In this document: in pieces, positions 19,197 to 28,004 of the stretch
Layout: every line of letters starts with the position of its first letter
Position numbering within the stretch: the stretch's first letter is position 1
Virus record (IMG/VR): IMGVR_UViG_3300005683_000016
Span: 1-64,000 of that record
Source: a virus
Length of the DNA stretch: 64,000 nucleotides
Reading direction: 5' to 3' (one strand)
Notes under the pieces: model-generated
What the model was told of the DNA's origin: nothing
Seen by the model: the letters and a program-made list of their open reading frames with translations, nothing else
Database searches by the model: none
Position numbers and translations under genes: made by a program

Positions 19197-21809
19197 TTAC
19201 TTGGGTTTACTTTCGGCTTGTTTCTGAAGTTTAAGAACGTTTTCTATTTCTTTAAAAATAATGTTAATGTCGTTTCTTTTTACTGCTTGAGGAGTTTTAC
19301 CATCTATTTCAACATAAATTTCATCACTTCCTTTAATATCTCTGACGATCACTTTAGTACCACCGATAGTTTTGCTTACTTCTCCCAAGTCTTCAAAGAT
19401 CAAATTTAATACGTGATCTCTTTGTGTGGCAGAAGGGACTTTGGCACGATACCATTCACCTGCTTTTATTTCTTCAACTTTGTTACCTTGAGCATCTATT
19501 AAGGGAAGATTTTCAAAGTGTTTAATGTGTTCAGGTTTAATCATAAATGCACCATCACCTTGATAATTAGGTTGAAGTACCATTGCTATTGAATTTAGCG
19601 GAATACCAAAATTACCATCCTCTGAAATTTGCTTAAGACTTTCTTCAATATAAGGTAAAAGTTTATTGATTTCTTTTGGATCAGAAATAGTATAGTGAGT
19701 ATTTTGAATAAATTGAGGAAGTTGTTCTGCTGTTATATCTTTGATTAATTGAGAACTTTTTTGTTCTTGTTCTATTGCTTTTTCTACAGTTGCTAAGAAG
19801 TTGGTATCATTGTTTAGAATTCCTTCATAGTGAGCACTTACACCTCTACCTGTAGGATTATAGAGTCCACTTACAACATCATCTACTCTACCTCTTAATT
19901 TGCCAGTCTGATATTCTCTTTTGACCTCATTCCAAGTCATTTGTTTATACCCTCCCTTGTCATCTCTTACCCCAAAGATCATTTCTCCCTGACCGTCCCA
20001 ATTGTTCATTCTTGCGTAATCTCCCAAGGAAGGCCCGTTACCTACTTTTACATCTGGAACTTTAGTTTCTCTATTAATAGTTTGAGCAACTTTTCCTGCT
20101 TTGTTTTTAAACCATTCCTGCTTAGTTAGGTCTGTATCGTAAGCCTCTTGAAGACTGTTAAGAGTTTGATCATTAGCAAAAAGTCCGTTCTTAACTCCGT
20201 TTTTAAATGCTTCAAATCCAGCAAGATTAGGTTTCTCATTAGTAAAGGCTATGTCTTTACCAAACTTACCTACATAAGCGTTCCAAAGTTTTACTTCATG
20301 GTTGTTAGTGTTTGCTTGCAACCATCTGTTATCTTGAAGGTTCTTGGGATCTATGTCATACTTATCTCCTGTCTTTGAAGTGATGATAGGAGTAGTTACG
20401 TCATTGATCTCTTTACCCATTTGCATAAATCTATCCCAAGAAGAAACCAACTCAGTCTCATCTTTGATAATATCTCTCGCTACTCCGGGGGTTGTTGTTT
20501 CTGTTGCTGCTCTTTTAAGTTCTAATTCTGCTGCTTTAATTGCAAGACCTGCTCTTCCTAACTCAGCATCGAGAGCAAGTCTGTCCTTCATACTGTTGAT
20601 TCTAAGTTGAGCAAAATAAGTTTCATCCAATCCTACTCTGCTTACTTCGTCCTTCCAAGACAGGGCTTGAGATATTCCGTTTACATAACTTTCGTTCGTA
20701 AGTTGGTTTATAAGAGGAAGCAGTTCTGTTTCAGACAACGCCATCCAATGTTGTTGTGATATTTTATTGGACGACTGTTTTATTAGAGCGTCGTTCAAAG
20801 AAGTTTCCATTTCTCCAAGTCTGTCTATCTCTGCTTGAAGTGCTGCTTTTTGAACAATAGATTCTGCTGGAGGAAGAGAAATGTTTTTTATGGTCTTTTC
20901 ATATTGTGCTTTCAAAGCCTGAACATCAGTAAGTTGTTTTTTTGTGTTTTGATGCTCGGTACTCAACCATCTGGAATATGAATTAAAAAGACCTAACCTT
21001 CCCTCTGGAGATTCGTTTTGTAGTATTCTGTATTTTGACAGTATCTCAAGTTGACTTCTTTCGTCCTGATCTAAAGTGGTTTCAAGAAGTTGTCTGATGC
21101 GAGATTGAGAAACACCTTTAGAAGCAGTTAAAATATCATATCCCGTTGGTACTTCTACTTCTTGTGTGGTTATAGAACCGTCGGGATTTCTTACTTCTAC
21201 CTTTTGTTTTTGCAAGACTGGTTTTTGAACAGTTTGACTTTCAGCATGAAGAAGTTTGGTAAGGTTCACCAACTTTTGATCTATATCTTTATAAGGGGTA
21301 TAGGATTGTTTTTTTTGATCCCAACCAGCAATGTCTCCTGCAAGATAAAAGTCCGTAAGTCCACCACTCCAATCTCTGAACACCGCTTCGTTTATAGAAT
21401 TATATCCACTCTTTGCAGGATCTTTGGAGTTTCTCATCCCCTCGATAATAGAGAGTTGTTGTTGATAGTGAGAACTCAATTGAGATCTTTTCTTCAGATC
21501 TGTGTCAGAACTTATCTTGGTGAATACAGATGCAAGTCTTGCCTGAACCTTGTCGTTTGTCAAGTCTCCTATATCTCCAGACAGCATATTGTCTATCTCC
21601 TTATTATATTCTTCGAGTTTATATTGACCATCTCTGTTCAACATAGAAATGTTGAGAGCAGAGTTTTGCATATTATGAAGCCTCGACAAGAAAACATCAT
21701 ACTGCTGTTGCTTTTTTATAAGCAAAGCCTGCTCCAGATCAGTATTATAATCTGTGGTCTTATACTGAGGCAGAACTAAACCTGGTGAATAAGGACTTAT
21801 TGTAGCCAT
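19197..21809 (-). CDS. Internal virion cargo protein
   Basis: 870-aa Cys-free helical ORF; N-terminal LLIKKQQQYD; located in the cargo cluster. Confidence 0.65.
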   Translation of the reverse strand: MATISPYSPGLVLPQYKTTDYNTDLEQALLIKKQQQYDVFLSRLHNMQNSALNISMLNRDGQYKLEEYNKEIDNMLSGDIGDLTNDKVQARLASVFTKISSDTDLKKRSQLSSHYQQQLSIIEGMRNSKDPAKSGYNSINEAVFRDWSGGLTDFYLAGDIAGWDQKKQSYTPYKDIDQKLVNLTKLLHAESQTVQKPVLQKQKVEVRNPDGSITTQEVEVPTGYDILTASKGVSQSRIRQLLETTLDQDERSQLEILSKYRILQNESPEGRLGLFNSYSRWLSTEHQNTKKQLTDVQALKAQYEKTIKNISLPPAESIVQKAALQAEIDRLGEMETSLNDALIKQSSNKISQQHWMALSETELLPLINQLTNESYVNGISQALSWKDEVSRVGLDETYFAQLRINSMKDRLALDAELGRAGLAIKAAELELKRAATETTTPGVARDIIKDETELVSSWDRFMQMGKEINDVTTPIITSKTGDKYDIDPKNLQDNRWLQANTNNHEVKLWNAYVGKFGKDIAFTNEKPNLAGFEAFKNGVKNGLFANDQTLNSLQEAYDTDLTKQEWFKNKAGKVAQTINRETKVPDVKVGNGPSLGDYARMNNWDGQGEMIFGVRDDKGGYKQMTWNEVKREYQTGKLRGRVDDVVSGLYNPTGRGVSAHYEGILNNDTNFLATVEKAIEQEQKSSQLIKDITAEQLPQFIQNTHYTISDPKEINKLLPYIEESLKQISEDGNFGIPLNSIAMVLQPNYQGDGAFMIKPEHIKHFENLPLIDAQGNKVEEIKAGEWYRAKVPSATQRDHVLNLIFEDLGEVSKTIGGTKVIVRDIKGSDEIYVEIDGKTPQAVKRNDINIIFKEIENVLKLQKQAESKPK

Positions 21810-21819
21810 TTATTTTGTA

Positions 21820-23880
21820 TTATCCTTTTACTACTGTTGCTTTACCTGTTGAATCAATGATTATTTCTACTCCTTGTGGAGTTTTTGCCAAAACCGCACC
21901 ATTGGGAAGATTTTTAACTGGTACAGCATTTTGGGCATATTGTTGCATTTCCATCTCTTTTTTCTTAAGAGCATCTTGTTTATTCCCCAAGAAGTCAATA
22001 CGACCCGTGATAGGATTTACACGATAGTTCTCAGAATTAAGTTGGTTTTTTATTCTCGTTTCTTCTACATAATCTAAATAATTGCGAATGGAATTGACTA
22101 CTCGTGATTTCTGTTGAGCATGAAATTGATCTTTAAGATAGTCTACTCTTGCTTTTTGTTGATTGTATCTTTCAACATCTTGAAAGTGTTGATCTATATT
22201 ATTGTTGATGTAAGTTTGAAGTTTTTCGGTATCTTGGTTTATCTTGGTTTCGTATCTCTGAGCGTTTCCAAATGCAACCTTTGCTGTATGGTCTTGATAT
22301 TGAGCATTAAGATTTGCTATTCGTGCTTGCTTAACTTCTTCAGGCATATTAGAATTTTGAATCTGTTGAATATTAAGTGCCAAGTTTCTACCTGCTTCTT
22401 TATCATCAAAGTCTACAAAACGAGAAAATAAAGGGGATTTTCTTAAGTCTCGATACTGAGGGTTTTGAACAGTAAGAGAATCTCCTAAAGCAAGTCCTAC
22501 ATCCAATATAGTTCCTGCCAACTTGTGACCTATACCAAAAGGATTTTTAGACTCTGTTTCTGTGTTTTTAGAAACGGTCTGTGAAGAATTAGAAGTACGA
22601 TTAAAACTAACCGAAGATGGATTTGTGCTTTTTACAGACGTGGGTATCGCTAAAGAAGGTATAGGATTTAGAGGGTTAACCGAAGTTCTCTGTTGTGATA
22701 CAGGTTGATTTGATGGAGTGTTTGTTCTGGTTCTTACAGAAGGTGTTTTAGAGGGTAGGGGAGCAACACTGGTATCATTGGGGTCTACCACATCCAAAGT
22801 TTTAGTTGCTGGAGGTAGAACTCCGTTTCCAAAATACACAGGACTGGTTTTTCTGTTGGGAGAACTCGCCATAGTAGAAGGTTCTGTTTCTGTTACCACC
22901 AAATCATACTTGGAACCTCCGGGATAAACAGGTCTTTTACCAGTTATGGTTGCTTCTGGTAATTGATTGTACATTGCTTTGATTTGTTGTAAAGGGGTAA
23001 GTTTTTGTTCTATTGTAAGTTCCTCAACGTCTTTACCCATTTCTATATCTTGGCGGGTGTCCCAAAAAGAAGTATACATTTTCTTTTGAGGTAACACAGG
23101 CCCACCATATTGATATTCAGAGTTTTTTCCAGACTTCATCTTTTCTTCTTCTTGAGTTTGGAAAATTGTCTCAAGCATTGCTAAGTTACCTGACATTTTA
23201 AGTTTAGCAGTTTCCTTCTCATATTGATCAGAGTCTGGATTTTGTAAAATCTTAGACCATTTAGTAGTGTCAAACTTCTTACTTAGGTCAGCATAAGACA
23301 TTTTTTTCTTAGTCTCTTTACCTAAGACTGTTTTAATAAGTTCTTTTGGGGCGCTGCTAAATTCGCTAAAAATTTTACTACCACCTTCAGCAAGTATATC
23401 AATACCTCCGTTAGCATGAGTATTACCATTAAAACCGTATAACTCACCATTGGGATTTAAGATTGTTTCTTTATCTTCTACTTCGATGGGAGTAAGTCCA
23501 CCCTGTTGATATTTTTTCCACATAGTCATTCCTCCCTTGAGAAACATTTCTTGTTCATTTGAACCAAGGGATTCAATATAGTCTATAACTTGATCCTGTT
23601 CATCTTCTTCGAGAGAAGAAAGATAAGATTCAAATTTATTTATAAGTCCACCTTTTTGTTTTTTATTCTTCATAGGTATTTCAATTACTGACTTTGTATT
23701 GAAAAGGTAATTTTCATTTGGTTTCATCATTTTAAATGAACCATCATCTAACACACCAACCAAAGGTGTTGATACATTTTTCATAGAAATGGAAGGAGAA
23801 TTTATTTCTAAATAAGGACTGTCTAAGAAAGGACTATTATTTCTATATCCGTATTTATCTATTAATTTTTGAATTTCCAT
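21820..23880 (-). CDS. Internal virion cargo protein with xxGG repeats
   Basis: GYRNNSP...ISMKNV domain, IEVEDKET...GNTHANGGI motif, repeated QKGG/QQGG/QYGG, and a S/T/P-rich linker. Confidence 0.7.
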   Translation of the reverse strand: MEIQKLIDKYGYRNNSPFLDSPYLEINSPSISMKNVSTPLVGVLDDGSFKMMKPNENYLFNTKSVIEIPMKNKKQKGGLINKFESYLSSLEEDEQDQVIDYIESLGSNEQEMFLKGGMTMWKKYQQGGLTPIEVEDKETILNPNGELYGFNGNTHANGGIDILAEGGSKIFSEFSSAPKELIKTVLGKETKKKMSYADLSKKFDTTKWSKILQNPDSDQYEKETAKLKMSGNLAMLETIFQTQEEEKMKSGKNSEYQYGGPVLPQKKMYTSFWDTRQDIEMGKDVEELTIEQKLTPLQQIKAMYNQLPEATITGKRPVYPGGSKYDLVVTETEPSTMASSPNRKTSPVYFGNGVLPPATKTLDVVDPNDTSVAPLPSKTPSVRTRTNTPSNQPVSQQRTSVNPLNPIPSLAIPTSVKSTNPSSVSFNRTSNSSQTVSKNTETESKNPFGIGHKLAGTILDVGLALGDSLTVQNPQYRDLRKSPLFSRFVDFDDKEAGRNLALNIQQIQNSNMPEEVKQARIANLNAQYQDHTAKVAFGNAQRYETKINQDTEKLQTYINNNIDQHFQDVERYNQQKARVDYLKDQFHAQQKSRVVNSIRNYLDYVEETRIKNQLNSENYRVNPITGRIDFLGNKQDALKKKEMEMQQYAQNAVPVKNLPNGAVLAKTPQGVEIIIDSTGKATVVKG

Positions 23881-24974
23881 AAATAATTATTATAAGAGAT
23901 GTTTCTTTTTATAGCATAATAAATTTTATCTCTTCTGTATCCTTTTTGTTCATAACTGGAAATTATATTTTCCTCTATTATAGAAAATTGATCTATATCA
24001 ATTTTTTGTATTAGTTTACTTTTAGACTCCCTCATTTTATTTTTACTTTCTTTAGAAAATTTGGCTCCTTTTCTATTTCCCGGATATTTACCTGTTATAT
24101 GATTTATAGAATGGTTTTTTAAAAATTCCAATCGTTCGTCTAAATCTTTTATCTTACAGATACTAAACGTATTATTTACAACTGATCTTTTAGATAGTAA
24201 AGATTTATAAAATTTTTTAACAGATATATTTAAAAGTGTGTATATGTCTTTTGGGGAATGATACAAACATACTTCATGTGTAAATACATTTATTAAAGCG
24301 TACTTATATCCAGTGAAAGGAACCACTCCTGTTTCAGACGGCAAATAATATGTTCTTAAATTTTTTTTCTGAATTATTTTCTTTATAACTTTTATATCCA
24401 TATTTAATAACTCAGAAATATATTTTGATGGATAATTTTTAAGTCTATATTCTTTTACTAAAGATATAATTTCAGGTGTTAGTCCACTTCTTTTTAGACC
24501 AGACTTTATAGCAGACTCTTTCTTTCTTTGTTTAAACTCCTCAGTAGAAAATGTCTTTTTTAAAGATTCTTTATGTTTTAAGGATTGTTTCTTAGTCAAT
24601 TTATATCCTTTATTAGAGTCTACTATTTTCCTAATACTATAAACAGGATTTAATATATCAGTAAATTTTTGTTCTAATTTTGTTAAATATTCTTCGGGAC
24701 AAATACCCAATATTTCAATTGTAAAATTTTGTATTCCGTGTTTTATAATAGCCTTGTGTATTACTTGACAATCTTTTTGTTTAACCACATTATTGTAATG
24801 CCCGTTCCAACGTGAATATAAATTTTTAGAACTTCCAATATAACATTTGTTATTTGTTATATTTGTAATCTTGTAAATTCCACATCTATTGAGAAAAGAC
24901 TTTCTTTCAATAGATGGAATATTGTTGAAAGATATTTTAAGTTTATTTTGAAATTTTATATAATAATTGTTCAT
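23862..24974 (-). mobile_element. Free-standing GIY-YIG homing endonuclease with NUMOD3-like repeats
   Basis: CGIYKITNITNNKCYIGSS...R...H; FSKESKNKMRESK; locally lower GC. Confidence 0.9.
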
Positions 24975-25139
24975 TTATTTCTTTTTAGACCACCTCTTTG
25001 TGTTTTGTGCAAAGACTGCTCTCCTTTTTGTAACTGGATTTTTACTATGAGTAAGTTCTTCTGTAGTTTTACCTGTACGTTTTTTAGTCTCGTTGAACTT
25101 ACCCCTATTCTCAGGTTTAATTTTAATTTTGTTTTTCAT
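24975..25139 (-). CDS. Small basic protein (54 aa) with a crAss-type IKPENRGKF...RAVFAQNxxxW motif
   Basis: Not in the ORF track. Translated by hand: MKNKIKIKPENRGKFNETKKRTGKTTEELTHSKNPVTKRRAVFAQNTKRWSKKK. It exactly fills the gap between two endonuclease genes. Confidence 0.8.
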   Translation of the reverse strand: MKNKIKIKPENRGKFNETKKRTGKTTEELTHSKNPVTKRRAVFAQNTKRWSKKK

Positions 25140-25148
25140 AATAAATAT

Positions 25149-25967
25149 TTAAGCGAGTTCACCCATTTTTTCATCAATGTGTAATAAAGTGATTTGTTCT
25201 GTACCAAATGATTCAAACATATCTATCCACATTTTGGAGGGATAAAATTTTTGAAATCTAATGTTGTTTACAACAGTTTTTCTTCTACAACGAGAATTTA
25301 AACTATAAACATTAAGACTATATTTTTCAGCACATTCTTTTAGTCCAAAAATTACATCAATAAGATTATTTTTTTCGTTATAAACACAAATATATACATT
25401 TTTTCTACTGCGAGATGCAACATAAGGCTTTAAATTCTTTTGTTTGGTTTTAAAAAACAAATATCCTTTTAGTTGAATACCTCTAAGTAGAGCATTCATA
25501 ATAGAGTTTCTATTGAAATTAAAGTATTCTGCGCATTCTGGTACACTATTCCATGTACCTATATAGTTTCCTTTTACACAATAACAATAAACTCTTCTCC
25601 CATATTTTTTTCTTACTGTTTTAATTCTACGTTTTAAAACTTCTCGTGACCATTCAGATATTTCCCCGCCTATAGTTAAATTAAATCCGTATTTATTATT
25701 ATTTGATCTATAATAACTGATCCAATACCGTTCCCTATCTCCAATAAAGATGTTTTCTATATTATTTTCTATTATAGTAAAAGAAAATACACTATAGAAA
25801 TCTTTATTGCTATACTTGTTATAGTGTTTTTGTAAGTATATATTGTAATGAGTTCCCTTTTCTAAAGATCTTTTATGATCACATTCTCTGCTGGAAATAT
25901 TTTTAGTTTTCCCAATATATACTTTATTATTTATTTTACTTCTAATCATGTATATATACTGACTCAT
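25149..25967 (-). mobile_element. Free-standing GIY-YIG homing endonuclease with NUMOD1-like HTH repeats and a ferritin-derived C-terminal tail
   Basis: YIYMIRSKINNKVYIGKT...RERYWI...YGFNLTIGG; C-terminus WIDMFESFGTEQITLLHIDEKMG. Confidence 0.9.
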
Positions 25968-25968
25968 A

Positions 25969-26517
25969 TTATACCATTTTTCCTAATTCAATATCTATTA
26001 ACAGCAAAGAAGTCTTATCATCTCCAAATGAATCTATCATGTCTATTATTTTAAGGGTCTTTCCAACTTCTTCACTTTGTTCTTGGGTAAGTTTTAAAGC
26101 AATAGGATAAAGCATTAACTGGTTTTCTTCAAATGCTGCTTTGGCAAGTTCTGCACACTGATTATAAACTTCAATCTCGTGTTGGTAACTTAAATTAACT
26201 ATTTCTACTAATCCAGTAAAATCTTGTTGAGGTTTTGGTAATTCAGGAGTAACAGGTCTGATACCGAGATCAAGTAAAAAAGAATAAATTATTTCTGCAT
26301 GAGTAAGTTCTTCATCAGAATATTTTTTCCAAAGTTTTGCTGCTCCTACATAACTCTTATCGTCCAACCATCTGGACATAGCAGAGTAAATACGGGAACT
26401 ATATTCTTCTTGTTGAATCCTGTAATTGCACAAATCAATCAATCGTTGACTGATTAGTTTGTCGAATTTGGGTTCAGGATTCTTCATTTTATCCAATATT
26501 TTTTTGCTGTCTATCAT
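25969..26517 (-). CDS. Ferritin (non-haem, FtnA-like)
   Basis: QQEEYSSRIY, DEELTHA, HEIEV and EQSEE ferroxidase-centre pattern; 182 aa. Confidence 0.85.
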   Translation of the reverse strand: MIDSKKILDKMKNPEPKFDKLISQRLIDLCNYRIQQEEYSSRIYSAMSRWLDDKSYVGAAKLWKKYSDEELTHAEIIYSFLLDLGIRPVTPELPKPQQDFTGLVEIVNLSYQHEIEVYNQCAELAKAAFEENQLMLYPIALKLTQEQSEEVGKTLKIIDMIDSFGDDKTSLLLIDIELGKMV

Positions 26518-28004
26518 TTTGTATTACCGTATATTTTTTTGTAAATAGTTGGAGATTCTCTCTTGGTCTGACGAAGTATAAGTTCGTTAAGTTCTTGGGA
26601 AGTAAGATCTTTCATTCTTTTGTTTGCTATCTGAGGATACAGGTCTGCTCCATAACCACTATTAGACCATCTTTTCATGGCATCTCCAACTGTAAGATTG
26701 GCATAACTACCAGAAGTTAATAAATCTTTCTGGGCTTGTAATCCTGCTTTCACCGAAGGAAAAACCGCAAATATCCCACCATCTGTTGCTGCTCTTCCCG
26801 GTTGTGCTCCATATTTTTGAGCAAACTTTCCATACTTTATGTTTCCGGGATTTGAGTGGGTTGTTGCAATATCTCCTTTGGGAACGTTTACGGATTGATA
26901 AGTAGAATGATAAATATCATTCGTAGTATAGGTATCCAAAGGATTCTCCTCAAAAAGCCAAGATAAAAGATTAGAATTCTTTTGCATTTCTTCTCCCGGA
27001 GAAGTCGAGGTAAGGAAGTTTTGAATTTCGTTCTCTGAAAAACCCTGATCTTCTACAGGAGATTGGAAATCAGAAGAGTACAAAGATTCTGTATCCGGTG
27101 CTTCTATTTCTCCTCCTTCTTGTTTTTCTCTTACCCAATTATCTCGTCGTCTTCTTTGTTGCCAGTTTCTATCTCTTAATGTAGTAAGTTTTTGAGAATC
27201 GGCACCATACATTTCTTTCTTATAGTCTTTATATGCTTCTATATCCGGCATAATTGTATTTTTTATATATGCTTGTTGTAAGGGATCTATTTTGGCAGGA
27301 TTTTCTCTTCCAAAAAATTCCACTCTCGCATCTTCTCTCCTTACTCTATCTGGAATAATTAAATGATCCAGTTTATTTGTAGCAACAGGTTTTACGAAAG
27401 TGGATTCTGGAATAATTCCTCCTTTTTGCAAAAACCCAAGCAGACCAGTTGCTCCTTCAAATATATTTCCAAAAGCATCTTTTTTAGTATTGTTTGCTTC
27501 TTGTTCCAATCTTTCGTTTTTATCCTTATATATGTCTGAAAGATGTTTTTGGAGCATCTTTGAGGACTGCTCTTGTTGGTTGTAAAAGTCCATAAACAAA
27601 TCCATCTGACCTCCGTTCTGATAAAAAGGAACATTCAACCCCTTCCTTGCAGTAAGATTATCAGTTCTTCCGGTAGTGTACGGAGTTATATAAAAATTGT
27701 TTGCTCTGGCCTTTTCTCTTCTCTGTCGAAGATCCTCAGCAGAAGCACTTTCATGTATATTTTGAATTCTTTCTTGTCTGTTTCCCTCGAAGATTCCTGC
27801 TATACCTCCTATTATTTGACCAATTGAACCAATAACAGGAAGGCTATCAATAAAAGAAGATTGCTCCTTTTGTTTTTGTGAATACAAAGGTTTTTGTGAA
27901 AACACATCGGAATCTATATAAGATACAGAATCTCTTATAAAATCTCCATATTGAGCCTTTTTCTTTTTTAAAAAAAGTTTCGATCTATTGGTTAAGTTAG
28001 ACAT
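26514..28004 (-). CDS. Cargo protein with xxGG repeats and a C-terminal lysozyme-like (virion peptidoglycan hydrolase-like) domain
   Basis: HSNPGNIKYG...FAVFPSVKAGLQA...Y..LTVGDAMKRWS; YQNGG/LQKGG/KQEGG repeats; no Cys. Confidence 0.65.
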   Translation of the reverse strand: MSNLTNRSKLFLKKKKAQYGDFIRDSVSYIDSDVFSQKPLYSQKQKEQSSFIDSLPVIGSIGQIIGGIAGIFEGNRQERIQNIHESASAEDLRQRREKARANNFYITPYTTGRTDNLTARKGLNVPFYQNGGQMDLFMDFYNQQEQSSKMLQKHLSDIYKDKNERLEQEANNTKKDAFGNIFEGATGLLGFLQKGGIIPESTFVKPVATNKLDHLIIPDRVRREDARVEFFGRENPAKIDPLQQAYIKNTIMPDIEAYKDYKKEMYGADSQKLTTLRDRNWQQRRRRDNWVREKQEGGEIEAPDTESLYSSDFQSPVEDQGFSENEIQNFLTSTSPGEEMQKNSNLLSWLFEENPLDTYTTNDIYHSTYQSVNVPKGDIATTHSNPGNIKYGKFAQKYGAQPGRAATDGGIFAVFPSVKAGLQAQKDLLTSGSYANLTVGDAMKRWSNSGYGADLYPQIANKRMKDLTSQELNELILRQTKRESPTIYKKIYGNTK

